From: Pseudomonadota bacterium
GTDB taxonomy: Bacteria; Myxococcota; JACRCW01; JAFGSX01
Assembly: GCA_043821645.1 (NCBI GenBank)
Contig: JBDRCO010000132.1
Location: forward strand, 1-64,000
Direction: 5' to 3'
Length of the DNA stretch: 64,000 nt
The notes below the pieces were generated by a model. The model saw only the letters and a list, made by a program, of their open reading frames with translations. It made no database searches and had not been told where the DNA came from. Shown here in pieces: positions 8,931 to 19,156 of the stretch. The stretch's first letter is position 1; each line of letters begins with the position of its first letter. Position numbers and translations under genes: made by a program.

Positions 8931-11304
8931 ACCGTCGGCGCAGCAGCCCGCCACAAACGTTGAGACCGAGCACGAGAATCCCGGCCACCGCGACGGCCAC
9001 CGACAGTCCGAGGTGGGGACTTCGATAGCGCAGTTCCACCGGGCCTTGCGTGGCGTCGTCGACCAGCACGCCAAGGTGATGTCCGCTCGCCCGGATCACC
9101 GGCAACTCCAGCCCCGCCTGCGTGGCCTGCCAGCCCGCCAGGAAGGCCGTGCGCAGCACGAGCACGCCGCCGCCGTGCCCGGTTACATGCAAGGTGGCGC
9201 GATCTGGCACAGCCCAGTCGACGCGCTCAAGGTCCAGACCGGTGCCGTCGGGAAGCTCTCTCCTGGCACCGAGCCGCTGCAACGGGTCGTCCATGATGGC
9301 CAGGGCGTCGGCGGCCGTGGCACTGTGCGCCATCGCCTGCATCACAGTCGCCTCGTCGCTGAGCAGGTGTGGATCGCGCACGATCGCGTGCCGAGGAATC
9401 GGATCTCGGATGTGGAAGACAGGCAGCCCTCCACGCGCCAGACGACGCGCAGCCTCGCTGGGCAAGGAATCAAAACGCTCGCGCTCGACACCCTGGGTCA
9501 GGCCTTCATCGGATGTCACCAGCAGGTTGCAGCCCAGCGACCGTGCCTCTGACGCTGTCAGCCCATGATCCCCCGCCAGCAGCGTCGTGGCGATACGCGA
9601 CACCAGGGGAGAATAGGGTGCAGCGCCCACCATCCCATCGCAGGCCTGCCGCTCGGGAACGACGTAGAGGCGATGCAGTGCCTCGCGGGCCCAGAGCTGG
9701 TCCTGCGCTCCTGGGAGCGAAAGTCGCAGCGAGTAGACACTGGCGTCGGTGCACAGGATGGCAGGCTCGGCTCTCGGCAGGTGCGCGATGGGGGATTGCA
9801 GGTCTGACAGCCCGGGACCCACAGGCAGGGAGTCCACCGCGTGGACCAGCAGATCGAGAGAGATCAGCAAGATGGCTGCCCGTCTTCGCGCGCGGGCCCA
9901 CAACACCCAGGCACCACCCGCAGCGCAGATTGCCCCGGACATGGCCATCCCGCGCAGCAAAGACCCCAGCAGCGGACCGCCCCCCTGGACCTGTGCCAGG
10001 ACTACCTCGAGGGTATCTCCCTGCATCCATGCACCGAACAGGAGAAGGGCCATCCCCGACGCCATGGTGAAAAGCGCCAGGACCAGGCGGCGCCGGACTC
10101 GCCGGTCCTTGTGCGCTCCGTCGAAGATGATCGCGATCACCATCAGGGCTGTCAGCGACGTGGCCAGCAGATATTTCTGCGGGTAGCGGAACAAGCCCAG
10201 CGGAGGAAAGACCGTGATCAGAGCTCCGTAAAAGGGCGTGAAGCGACCCAGCGCGGACAGCAGCAGCACGCCGCTGATCACAGCTGGCAAGCGCGAACGG
10301 CGCAGCGTGCACCCCGCGATCCACGCCGCCACTGCCGCCGCTCCGAGGTAGGGTGAGGGGTTCCAGGTCGAGGTCACTTCGAGAGTGCTGTAGCCGCTGA
10401 GCCAGGACAGGTCCGTGAACAGAGGACCTGAAACAAGTGTTGCGAGCCATTCGGGCGGACCGTACGACCACTGCAAGATCCTGGACAGCTCGAGGCCGCG
10501 CCCTCGGGTCGAGATCCCGGTCTCGCCCATGAAGGCGAACCACGGCACCGCGCCCACCGCGACGCCGGCCATGACGGCGACGAGGACGCGCAGAGTTCTT
10601 CGAAACAGGACCGCGCGCTGGCTCGCGCGCCAGACGCGGTGCACGATCTCGAAGCCAAGCAAGGCAATGCCGACACCCGCGGCGTGGGGCTCGCCACCGA
10701 GCAGACACAAGGCCAGGCTCGCTGCCACGACCAGCCTGGCAAGAGCCTGCGATCGCTGGCCGAGCGCATACCGACCAGCAACCCACAGCAGCGGTAGCCA
10801 GACCGCGGATTGAAGGTAGTAGGACGAGTGCGTGACCAGGTCGACCACGGCGCCGCTCGCCACGTAGGCCACGCCCGCACCACATGCGACCAGGGGTCGA
10901 ACCCGGAAGCTCCGGGCGAGCCAGGTTGCTGCCGCAGCCGCCAGCACAAGGTGCAGGACGATGAACAGGCTCATGTCCCAGTCGACGGGTAAGGACCGCA
11001 GCATTGCCCGAAACGGATACAGCAGCTGCGCTGAGGGACGCGCGAAGAGCGCTCCTCCGTCGCCCATGCGAGGACTCAGCCAGCTGGGTTGATTCGCCGC
11101 GTCCAGGAGACGGAGTTCACACAGGGTGCCCAGATCCGTGTGGCTGGCGTCGTTGCCGAAGTAGAACAGACCGAACACGAGAGGAAGGCTGGAGAGCGCG
11201 AGCACGATGCCGGCCGCCGCTGCCACGGCACGCAGGCTCGCAGCACGCACCCGTCGACGGAGCAGGCCGAACGGCGCCACGCGGCGAGGAGCGGCGACGT
11301 TCAT
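8905..11304 (-). CDS. YfhO-like polytopic membrane protein (GT-C fold), paralogue 4
   Basis: Many TM segments; 'WLSP..G.G...A.P..QLLYP', 'GGEP', 'FRYPQKY', C-terminal 'GW.A...VELRYRSP' followed by a TM. Confidence 0.75.
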   Translation of the reverse strand: MNVAAPRRVAPFGLLRRRVRAASLRAVAAAAGIVLALSSLPLVFGLFYFGNDASHTDLGTLCELRLLDAANQPSWLSPRMGDGGALFARPSAQLLYPFRAMLRSLPVDWDMSLFIVLHLVLAAAAATWLARSFRVRPLVACGAGVAYVASGAVVDLVTHSSYYLQSAVWLPLLWVAGRYALGQRSQALARLVVAASLALCLLGGEPHAAGVGIALLGFEIVHRVWRASQRAVLFRRTLRVLVAVMAGVAVGAVPWFAFMGETGISTRGRGLELSRILQWSYGPPEWLATLVSGPLFTDLSWLSGYSTLEVTSTWNPSPYLGAAAVAAWIAGCTLRRSRLPAVISGVLLLSALGRFTPFYGALITVFPPLGLFRYPQKYLLATSLTALMVIAIIFDGAHKDRRVRRRLVLALFTMASGMALLLFGAWMQGDTLEVVLAQVQGGGPLLGSLLRGMAMSGAICAAGGAWVLWARARRRAAILLISLDLLVHAVDSLPVGPGLSDLQSPIAHLPRAEPAILCTDASVYSLRLSLPGAQDQLWAREALHRLYVVPERQACDGMVGAAPYSPLVSRIATTLLAGDHGLTASEARSLGCNLLVTSDEGLTQGVERERFDSLPSEAARRLARGGLPVFHIRDPIPRHAIVRDPHLLSDEATVMQAMAHSATAADALAIMDDPLQRLGARRELPDGTGLDLERVDWAVPDRATLHVTGHGGGVLVLRTAFLAGWQATQAGLELPVIRASGHHLGVLVDDATQGPVELRYRSPHLGLSVAVAVAGILVLGLNVCGGLLRRRFTQAGRSG

Positions 11305-13805
11305 GAGGAGCCTTCCGCAGTCTGCGACCCACGGGCAGCTGACCCACCGGCTCCGCTGGACGCGTGTTCAGAAGGCGACGCCATAGCGATCATCGTTCCT
11401 GTGCGGCGCTGTCGTGCAGGGCCGCCCCGAAGCCAGAGGGCACCCAGGACCAGCAGGCTGAAAAATGCCGCTGCCACGAAGAAGGCGAAACCCGGGCTTC
11501 GATAGCGCAACTCCACCGGCCCGGCGCTCGCGTCGTCGACGAGGACCCCGAGCACGCTGCCCGAGACCCGGATCACGGGCACGCTGCGTTCCCCTTGATG
11601 CGCGGTCCAGCCGATCAGGAAGGATGTGCGCAGACCCACCACCGCCCCGCCTTCGCCGACCAGGGTCATCGTGGCTCTGTCCGCACCCGACCACTCCACG
11701 CTGGCGAGGTGAACACTCGCACCGACGGGCAAGACCTGGCCGGGTAGCAGTCGCCCGCCGGGGTCGTCTATCCAGGCCACCGCCTCGCTGGCACGGCTGG
11801 CGCGCGCCATCCCCTGCAGCAGCTCTGCCTCACTGCTCGCCAATCGCGGGCGTGCCACGACGAAGGAGCGCGGTATCGCATCCACAATGCGGTAGGTCGG
11901 AGGCAAGATCGAGGCAAAGGCCCGTGCCCGAGCCGGGAGATTCTCCATGCGCTCGAGCACGACCCCCGACCCATCAACGGGTTGCGCCTTGACGATGTGG
12001 GTGCACGCCAGCGACCGCGCCTCGTTGATGCTCAGCTCACGGCCAAGCACGGTGAGTGCGGACTGGACGCGAGTGATGAGGGGCGAGTACGGGATGGCCG
12101 CGCGGACTCCATCACAGGCCTGTCGCTCAGGCAGCAGCACGCTGCGCTGGAAGACCTCCCGCTGCCACCAGGGATCGTCGCTGAACGCCGCAAAGGTCGC
12201 CCTGGACACGTCCGGGTCGTGACACAGGACGATGTCCTCGGGCGGGAGCGCGACCGCCAGCGGCGCCACGAGGTCTGCGGTCGACGGACCGCGCAGGATC
12301 ATGGAGTGAGCGGCCACCAGCACATCGCACCACAGGACGAGCAGAGCCAGGGTCGGCCTCCAGGTCCGGAGCCGCACCAGGATGAGCAGCGCCAGCAGCG
12401 CCAGCATGGCGTGGATACTGGCCGAGGACCACAGCACCTCGAGCGGCGGTAGTGTGGCGAGGTGGGGTACAGACCGCACGTCCGAGGCGACGGCGGCGAG
12501 ACCCTCGTGGCTTGTGGCCACGATCGCCCACATCAAGCCGTAGCTCAGCAGCAGCAAGGTCAACGCCAGGGTGAGGCGACGCCGGTGAACCGAACTCAGG
12601 CGCGCCCGTCCGACCGAGATCGCGACCACGACCGACGCCGCCAGCGCCGTCAGCACGAGGTACTTCTGCGGATACCGGAACAAGCCGAGGGGCGGCACCA
12701 GCTCGATGAGAAAGGGCATGATGGGCGTGAAGGAGCCCAGCGCCGCGACCAGGCTGACGATCACCAGCAGCGTCGCGAGGTGGCCGCGTCTATTGACGAC
12801 GACACTCACCACCACGGCGAGCACGGCGCCTCCCAGGTAGGGAGCAGCGTTCCAGCTTTCCGCGAAGCCTGCACCCTCGCTGTACAGAGCACGTACCAGT
12901 CCACTGCTGAAGGCCTCCCCGGGCCACAGGGCACCGAGCCAGTCGGGAGGTGCAAGAGACCAGAACAGCGCCTCGTCCGCGGACAGGACACCCCGACGTG
13001 ATCCGAGCGAGGACTCCACCATGAAGGCGCCCCACTGCAGGAGACCCAGGCCGGCGGCGCTCGCGAGAGCCAGCAGCACAGGAATCCCGCGCCGCAGCAG
13101 CTGACGCCAGGAGGCTCGTCGGCTGCGGAGCGGAGACCACAGCACCTCGAGCAGGAGCACACCTGCGCCCACGGCGAAGGACTGGGGCTCACCACCCAGC
13201 AGGCACAGTGCGCCGGCCATCCCAGTCAGGACGAACCATCGCGACTGCCCGCTGGCCAGACCCCGGCGTCCAGAGGCCCAGAGCAGGGGCAGCCACGCGG
13301 CTCCCGTCACATAGTAAGAATGCGGAATCAATCCCACGACGACACCGCACCATGCGTACACCAGGCCACTGAGCGCCGCCGCCCGGGGATGGACGCCGAA
13401 GGTTCGAGCGAGCCAGGTGGCGGTCGCCGCCGCAATGGCGAGGTGCACCGTGGGCGACAGCGAGTGTGCCCACGGCAGCGGCAGGGGCACGAGCAGCCAG
13501 CGCAGAGGATAGAACAGCTGCGCACTGGGTCGTGCCAGCAGAACACCCCCGTTGCCCATGTGGGGACTGAGCCACAGCGATTGTCCCGTCGCCAGCAGGT
13601 TCTTGAGCTCACACAGCGTCCCCAGATCCGTGTGACTGAGATCGCCTCCAAGCAGGAAGCCACCCGTCAGCAGCGGCGCACCCAGCAGCACGGCTGTGAT
13701 GAGGCCAGCGCAAGCGCAGGCGATCGCCGTCGCCCACCGCGCGCGGGACCGCAGCGTCGACCAGGGAACAACAGGCGGCGCTGGCTGGGCGGTCCGACGG
13801 GTCAT
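11301..13805 (-). CDS. YfhO-like polytopic membrane protein (GT-C fold), paralogue 3
   Basis: Same motif set. Start at ATG 13805 overlaps the upstream stop; the longer ORF N-terminus is spurious. Confidence 0.75.
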   Translation of the reverse strand: MTRRTAQPAPPVVPWSTLRSRARWATAIACACAGLITAVLLGAPLLTGGFLLGGDLSHTDLGTLCELKNLLATGQSLWLSPHMGNGGVLLARPSAQLFYPLRWLLVPLPLPWAHSLSPTVHLAIAAATATWLARTFGVHPRAAALSGLVYAWCGVVVGLIPHSYYVTGAAWLPLLWASGRRGLASGQSRWFVLTGMAGALCLLGGEPQSFAVGAGVLLLEVLWSPLRSRRASWRQLLRRGIPVLLALASAAGLGLLQWGAFMVESSLGSRRGVLSADEALFWSLAPPDWLGALWPGEAFSSGLVRALYSEGAGFAESWNAAPYLGGAVLAVVVSVVVNRRGHLATLLVIVSLVAALGSFTPIMPFLIELVPPLGLFRYPQKYLVLTALAASVVVAISVGRARLSSVHRRRLTLALTLLLLSYGLMWAIVATSHEGLAAVASDVRSVPHLATLPPLEVLWSSASIHAMLALLALLILVRLRTWRPTLALLVLWCDVLVAAHSMILRGPSTADLVAPLAVALPPEDIVLCHDPDVSRATFAAFSDDPWWQREVFQRSVLLPERQACDGVRAAIPYSPLITRVQSALTVLGRELSINEARSLACTHIVKAQPVDGSGVVLERMENLPARARAFASILPPTYRIVDAIPRSFVVARPRLASSEAELLQGMARASRASEAVAWIDDPGGRLLPGQVLPVGASVHLASVEWSGADRATMTLVGEGGAVVGLRTSFLIGWTAHQGERSVPVIRVSGSVLGVLVDDASAGPVELRYRSPGFAFFVAAAFFSLLVLGALWLRGGPARQRRTGTMIAMASPSEHASSGAGGSAARGSQTAEGSS

Positions 13806-16216
13806 GGCGACCCCCGGGCAGCTGCCATACGCGCATCCTCCCGTCGCGGGCGCCGGCCCTGGGCCCCTGGGACGAAAACCAGCAGGAGCAGGCCGAACAC
13901 GCCGGCGAAGCTCAACCCCGCCCCTGTCCACAGATGAGGCGGGCGATACTGAAGATGAACATCTCCGGCGTCCACGTCGTCGACGATGACTGCCAGCTGG
14001 TTGCCTGCAGCCCGTACGACCGGTACCGGGTGCGAGGCTTGTTCTGCTGACCAGCCCACCAGGAAGCACCTGTGCAATGCCACCACCACGGGGCCAGTAC
14101 CGCGCAGGCGAAGCGTCGCCTGGGTTGCCGAGATCCACTGGACGTCCATTGCCTCGATGGGGCCAGAGGCAGGAAGAGACCTGGTGCTGGCTGGCAGCCG
14201 TGCGAGGGGATCATCGATCAGGGCCAGCGCGGCCGCTGCGGTGTGCGTCTGCGGAATCCTGGTGATCGCGTCTGCCTCGGCCACGAGAGCAGGCCGCACC
14301 ACCTGCGCGACCTCGGCCAGGGGGTCGACCACGGAATAGAGCTGCGGACCAGCTTCGGGCACAGAAGCCCGGAGCGCGCTCCAGGGTTCAGGGGCCAGGT
14401 CGACGTCATCGAGCGGACTCGCACTCAACACGTGCGTGCAGCCCAGGGCTCGGGCCGACGCACCGGCGAGCACAACGGGCGCGAAGTAGAGCGCATGCGC
14501 CACCCGGCTGGTGAGCGGAGAATAGGGAACGGCTGCCGCGATCCGATCGCAGGCCTGCAATTCAGGTAGAGCATACAGCCGCTGGAATGCGGCCTGTCCC
14601 CAGCCGGGTTCGCTTTCCGGTATCACCAGTTCAGCACCATAGAGATCGCTGTTGTGACAGATCACCATGGCGGGGTGGCCGGACAGTGGTGAGCGGAGGT
14701 CCGACAGCGTCGGTCCCGCACGAAGCGACAGCAACGCCGCACCGCCCACATCCAGCATCCAGCACAGCGCCACGGTCATCACGGCCCGGGGCGAGCGCCA
14801 CCGCCACAGCACGAGCACGCAGAGCAGGGGCGCGGCAGCGCGCACCAGGTCGAAACACAGCTCCCCCGCGAAGCCAGGGCGCACCTGATACGAGCGGACA
14901 CTGGCCCAGACCGCCAGCTCGTCGAGCTCCCGAGCGTGGAGACCCACCACCGCACTCGTGGCGAGATAAACGACCGCGATCACCGTGGCACCCAGCGCCA
15001 GCCGCCGCATCCAGGCCCTGTCCCTTCGCGCGCGTTGCAGGGCCAGGACGGCGCACACCATGCCAGCCAGCGACGCGATGACCAGATACTTGGCGGGGAA
15101 GCGAAACCAGTCGAGGCCAGGGATGAATCGGATCGCCGCTGGCCACAGAGGTGTGGCGGACCCGAGACTGGCGATGCTCGCTGCGACCGCGATGATCGCA
15201 GCCGGTCGTGCCCGGCGCAGGGTGCAGCCAAGCACGGCGAGCAACAGGAACAGCCCTCCGACATACGGTGATGGATTCCACAGCGTGTCGACGTGATCGT
15301 CGCGGACCAGCGCCCAGACGCCATCGCGAAAGAGGGATCCCGGCACCAGTGCGGCTGGCCACAGCGAGGCGTCGAAGGACCATTGCAGGATCTTGTCCAG
15401 GGCCAGCGGCTGGCCGCGCCGGGACAGTCCGAGCTCTGCCGACATCGGGAGCAGGACGATCGCGCCGATGGCGATAGCCGAGAGGATGGCCATCACCAGA
15501 CGGACGCCCCTGCGCAGGATTGCCACGGGTGCGTGGCGTTGACGCCAGAGACGGAGCGCACCCTCGAGCGCGAGCACGGCACACGCGAGCGCGAAGGCCT
15601 GGGGCTCGCCACCCAGCAGCAGGGCAGCGAGACCGAGGCTGACGAGAGCCGTTGCCCCGCCTTTTTTGGGCCCTGCCCGCAGGACCGTTCTGCCTGCGAC
15701 CCAGACCAGGGGCAGCCAGGCAGCGGCGATGACGTATTGCCCGTGGCGGACGAGGTCCAGGGCAGGTCCTGCCAGGGCAAAGGCAATGCCTGCGCTGGTG
15801 GCCAGCACGGGTCGAGCGCCGTGGCTGCGCGCCAGCCAGGTTGCCGTGGCCGCGCCGGCCACCAGATGAGCGGCCTGGTGCAGAGCATTGCCCCAGTCGA
15901 CGGGCAGCGCGAGAAAGAGCCAGCGCGGGGGATAGAACAGCTGTGCATTGGGTCGCAGGGCCAGCAGGCCGCCGTTGCCTATCCAGGAGCTCAGCCACAG
16001 GCCTGTGCCGTCGTGCAGAGCGTGCTTCACGGCACAGAAAGTCCCCAGGTCGTTGAGGGTGAGATCCAGCCCGAACAGGGGCCCGCGCAGAGCCATCGGC
16101 ACCAGGAGCACGAGACCGGTGATCGCGGCAGCCACGGCGCACGCCAGCCGCGTGGAGTGGCGGGACAGCATCTGTCTGGCAGAGTGCGCCTGCCCTGCGC
16201 CCCTGTAGTCGCTCAT
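13802..16216 (-). CDS. YfhO-like polytopic membrane protein (GT-C fold), paralogue 2
   Basis: 'DLTLNDLGTFC', 'GGEPQ', 'WNPSPY', 'FRFPAKY', 'QACD...PYSPL'. Confidence 0.75.
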   Translation of the reverse strand: MSDYRGAGQAHSARQMLSRHSTRLACAVAAAITGLVLLVPMALRGPLFGLDLTLNDLGTFCAVKHALHDGTGLWLSSWIGNGGLLALRPNAQLFYPPRWLFLALPVDWGNALHQAAHLVAGAATATWLARSHGARPVLATSAGIAFALAGPALDLVRHGQYVIAAAWLPLVWVAGRTVLRAGPKKGGATALVSLGLAALLLGGEPQAFALACAVLALEGALRLWRQRHAPVAILRRGVRLVMAILSAIAIGAIVLLPMSAELGLSRRGQPLALDKILQWSFDASLWPAALVPGSLFRDGVWALVRDDHVDTLWNPSPYVGGLFLLLAVLGCTLRRARPAAIIAVAASIASLGSATPLWPAAIRFIPGLDWFRFPAKYLVIASLAGMVCAVLALQRARRDRAWMRRLALGATVIAVVYLATSAVVGLHARELDELAVWASVRSYQVRPGFAGELCFDLVRAAAPLLCVLVLWRWRSPRAVMTVALCWMLDVGGAALLSLRAGPTLSDLRSPLSGHPAMVICHNSDLYGAELVIPESEPGWGQAAFQRLYALPELQACDRIAAAVPYSPLTSRVAHALYFAPVVLAGASARALGCTHVLSASPLDDVDLAPEPWSALRASVPEAGPQLYSVVDPLAEVAQVVRPALVAEADAITRIPQTHTAAAALALIDDPLARLPASTRSLPASGPIEAMDVQWISATQATLRLRGTGPVVVALHRCFLVGWSAEQASHPVPVVRAAGNQLAVIVDDVDAGDVHLQYRPPHLWTGAGLSFAGVFGLLLLVFVPGAQGRRPRREDARMAAARGSP

Positions 16217-18582
16217 GTGCGGACCCTGGGTGCAGGCCGGCGCAGGCGCCAGGCCAGCACGGCCACGATGACCCCGAGAAGTGCGACCCCCAGTCCCAGC
16301 TCCAGCCGCGGCGGGAAGTAGCGCAGCTGCACCGGCCCCGCGGCAACATCGCTGACCAGCACACCGAGCTGTTGCCCTGCGATGCGAAGGACCGGCAACT
16401 CATGTCCGGCCTGCATCGCCTGCCACCCTGTCCAGAAAGACGTGCGCAGTCCGAGGATCGCGCCACCCTGTCCTGATGCGAGAAGGGTGGCCCGCGTCGC
16501 GCCCTCTCGATCGAGGCGAAGATCCGTGACCGCGTCTCCGGTGGGAAGAGGCACGCCAGCGGTATGGCGAGATAGCGGGTCGTCGACCCACGTCGTCACG
16601 GCGCTCGCAGAGTGACTGCTCGCGATCCCTTGCAGGAGAGAGGGGAGGTCGTGCGCGAGCCTGGGAGAGCGCACCACGAAGACTTCGGGCAACGGGTCGC
16701 GAAGCTGATACAGCTGCGGACCCGCCGCGGCGAAGACAGGATCGCCGCCGACCTGTACGCGATCTGATTCCTCGTCGACAGGTTTGCCTGCAGCCAGCAT
16801 GTGGGTACAGCCCAGAGCACGCGCGGCAGCGAGGTGATGGGCGTCGAGCATGGCCTGCAGGTTCTCACCGGCACGCGTTTGCAGAGGCGAATAGAGCAGC
16901 GGCGATACGCTGCCATCGCAGGCTTGCAGGTCAGGCACCTGGAACAGGCGGTAGAGCGCCAACTGGGTCCACTGCTCGCGTGGGGCGCGGTCGCCGCCAT
17001 GCTCGATGAGTTCATGCTGAAAGAAAGCCACGCAGGTGCGCGCAGGGCCGGACGCGCTCTCCAGGTGGCTCAGCGGGGAGCTCAGGTCCGCCAGGGTGGC
17101 TCCGATCGGCAGCTGAGGCAGGCCTGCAAGCGCCACGTCACCGACGAGCAAGACTCCGACCCAGGCTCCGCGAAGCTTCTTCTGGGACAACACGACCAGG
17201 CCCAGGACCACGGGTCCGGCGGCACGTAGCGCGGCCAGCTGCAGCGTCGCGGCGAGGTTCCCCAGCTCGGGAAAGCGCTCGGCGTCACCAAGCTGCGTGG
17301 CCAGCTGGTTCACAGGTTCACCCCAGATCTGCAACGCGGCGACGAGAACCCCGAGGCTGGCCAGCATGCTCAATGCAGCACACCACAGCGGTCGCAGCCA
17401 GCGTGCTCGCCGAAGGGCTCGCCCCAGCCACACCCAGGCAGCCACGGTGGCGGCCAGAGTCGCCAGCACGAGGTATTTCTGTGGATAGCGAAACCAGCCA
17501 AAGGGCGGGACCCACCGCGCCAGGATGGGGAGAAGCGGGGTCAGGGATCCCAGGGAGAGCAGCAGCGCGAACAGACCCACCAGGAGCGGAGCACGGGCAG
17601 TGCGGCGACTCCCCGATGCGATGACGATGCAGACAAAGAGCACGCCGACGTACGGCGCGGGGTTCCACGCCCCTGCCCCATCGCCCGTGAGGATGGTCCA
17701 CAGCGGTTCACCCGGACGAGGCTGGGCGAAGAGATCTCCAGGCAGTACGCTCGCCACCCACAGCGCGGGGTCAAAGGACCATCGCAGCACCCTGTCGACG
17801 GAGAGCGCTGTGCTGCGGCCGCCCAGCGAAGCCTCGATGAAGAAGCCCCACCAGGGAAGAAGTCCGATCGCCAGACCACTCGCGACACTCAGGCCGAGAA
17901 CCGCAGCACGTCGGCGTCGGTGATGCCGCCAGGCCCCGGCCCGGACGACCTCGACCAGAACCAGGCAGAGTCCAAGAAAAGCAGCTTGCGGCTCCCCGCC
18001 AAGGAGCACTAGAGCCAGGGCGACGGTTGCGGTGGTCGCGGCCGCAGGATGAGCCCGAACGCGCAGAGCACTGCGGGCCGAAGCCCAGATCCAGGGCAGC
18101 AGCGCCGCACCGACGATGTAATAGGAATGAACGATGAGATCCAGGCAGACCCCACTGAGCGCGTAGAACAGACCCGCCGTCATCGCATGACCTGGACGCA
18201 CGCCGTGGCTCCTGGCCAGCCAGGTCGCGCCCGCCGCCGCGAGAGCCAGGTGCAGAACCACGCCGACGGAGACCGCGACATCGATGGGCAAAGGCAACAG
18301 GAGCCAGCGAAGGGGATACAGCAGCTGGGCGCCCGGGCGGGACAGCAAGGGAGCGCCGTCTCCGAGGTGGGGCGAGAGCCACAGGCTGTCGCCCCGGGCC
18401 AGCAGGTGGCGCAGCTCGCACACCACGCCGAGGTCGAGACGCGTGAGATCCAGCCCCACGAAGCTCAGTCCGCCGATCACGGGGAGCAGCAGGGGTAGCG
18501 CGACGAGAACGGCCGCGGCCATCATGGCGCGCAGGCTTGCACGTTGCGCCGCCAGTCTTGGGCTGCTGCGCGCGGTGCTCAT
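16213..18582 (-). CDS. YfhO-like polytopic membrane protein (GT-C fold), paralogue 1
   Basis: 'DLTRLDLGVVCEL', 'LWLSPHLGDG', 'GGEPQ', 'FRYPQKY', 'QACDG...YSPL'. Confidence 0.75.
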   Translation of the reverse strand: MSTARSSPRLAAQRASLRAMMAAAVLVALPLLLPVIGGLSFVGLDLTRLDLGVVCELRHLLARGDSLWLSPHLGDGAPLLSRPGAQLLYPLRWLLLPLPIDVAVSVGVVLHLALAAAGATWLARSHGVRPGHAMTAGLFYALSGVCLDLIVHSYYIVGAALLPWIWASARSALRVRAHPAAATTATVALALVLLGGEPQAAFLGLCLVLVEVVRAGAWRHHRRRRAAVLGLSVASGLAIGLLPWWGFFIEASLGGRSTALSVDRVLRWSFDPALWVASVLPGDLFAQPRPGEPLWTILTGDGAGAWNPAPYVGVLFVCIVIASGSRRTARAPLLVGLFALLLSLGSLTPLLPILARWVPPFGWFRYPQKYLVLATLAATVAAWVWLGRALRRARWLRPLWCAALSMLASLGVLVAALQIWGEPVNQLATQLGDAERFPELGNLAATLQLAALRAAGPVVLGLVVLSQKKLRGAWVGVLLVGDVALAGLPQLPIGATLADLSSPLSHLESASGPARTCVAFFQHELIEHGGDRAPREQWTQLALYRLFQVPDLQACDGSVSPLLYSPLQTRAGENLQAMLDAHHLAAARALGCTHMLAAGKPVDEESDRVQVGGDPVFAAAGPQLYQLRDPLPEVFVVRSPRLAHDLPSLLQGIASSHSASAVTTWVDDPLSRHTAGVPLPTGDAVTDLRLDREGATRATLLASGQGGAILGLRTSFWTGWQAMQAGHELPVLRIAGQQLGVLVSDVAAGPVQLRYFPPRLELGLGVALLGVIVAVLAWRLRRPAPRVRT

Positions 18583-18586
18583 CTCG

Positions 18587-19156
18587 TCACCAGTGAAATC
18601 CTAGACCGACCGTCGCCAGCAGGCTGCTGGTGCGGGTGGTGCCCTGGACGCCAAAGTCCCAGCGCAGATACCACTTCCCATGTCCTGCACGCAGACCCAC
18701 GCCTGCAGCCAGACCGCCGAGGGGACGCGCAGCGAGGCGATGGTGCCCCGAGGCCTCGATGAGAACCATGTGCAAACCGGCGACTCCTGCCACGCGCAGG
18801 TGAGGCTGCAGCTCGAATCCTCGCGCTCGCAGCATGGGACCGAATCGTAACCCTAGCTCGAATGTCAGATCCTGACTGCGGGTCGAGAGCGCAGCCGAGC
18901 CCTGCCGGCCTGGCCACCCGGTGAGCACGCCAAGTTCGCAGGCCACGACCCAGGCCCCGGGCTCGAGGGCGATCCCGGTGCGGAGCCCGGAGTGCAGGTC
19001 GAACTCACCGCGTGCGCGCGACGCGGACTCCGTCGTCGACACCGCCAGCGGCAGCTCGACCTCCAGACGCCAGGCTGGCCAGTTCTCTGCCACCGGCAAG
19101 GGTTCGCGGGGCAAGGACGCCACGAGGACGAGCAGGCCAAGGACCGTGCCGTTCAT
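18587..19156 (-). CDS. Putative small outer-membrane beta-barrel protein
   Basis: Signal-like N-terminus, alternating amphipathic strands, aromatic C-terminus 'VGLGFHW'; ATGA overlap at 19153-19156. Confidence 0.55.
   Translation of the reverse strand: MNGTVLGLLVLVASLPREPLPVAENWPAWRLEVELPLAVSTTESASRARGEFDLHSGLRTGIALEPGAWVVACELGVLTGWPGRQGSAALSTRSQDLTFELGLRFGPMLRARGFELQPHLRVAGVAGLHMVLIEASGHHRLAARPLGGLAAGVGLRAGHGKWYLRWDFGVQGTTRTSSLLATVGLGFHW

Noticed and set aside
13806-14138. N-terminal extensions in the ORF track (YfhO-3, pilH 23872-24255, radical SAM, MTase 44416-44934, ECF 58731-59165, DUF302 54841-55614)
   Set aside because: They overlap neighbouring genes; downstream starts with an RBS or a stop/start overlap fit better.
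14631-16466. Long alternative-frame ORFs inside the YfhO-like genes and the speE-like gene (also 9506-10885, 26098-27831)
   Set aside because: Off-frame, Arg/Pro-rich artefacts; the main frames are intact, so no frameshift is needed.
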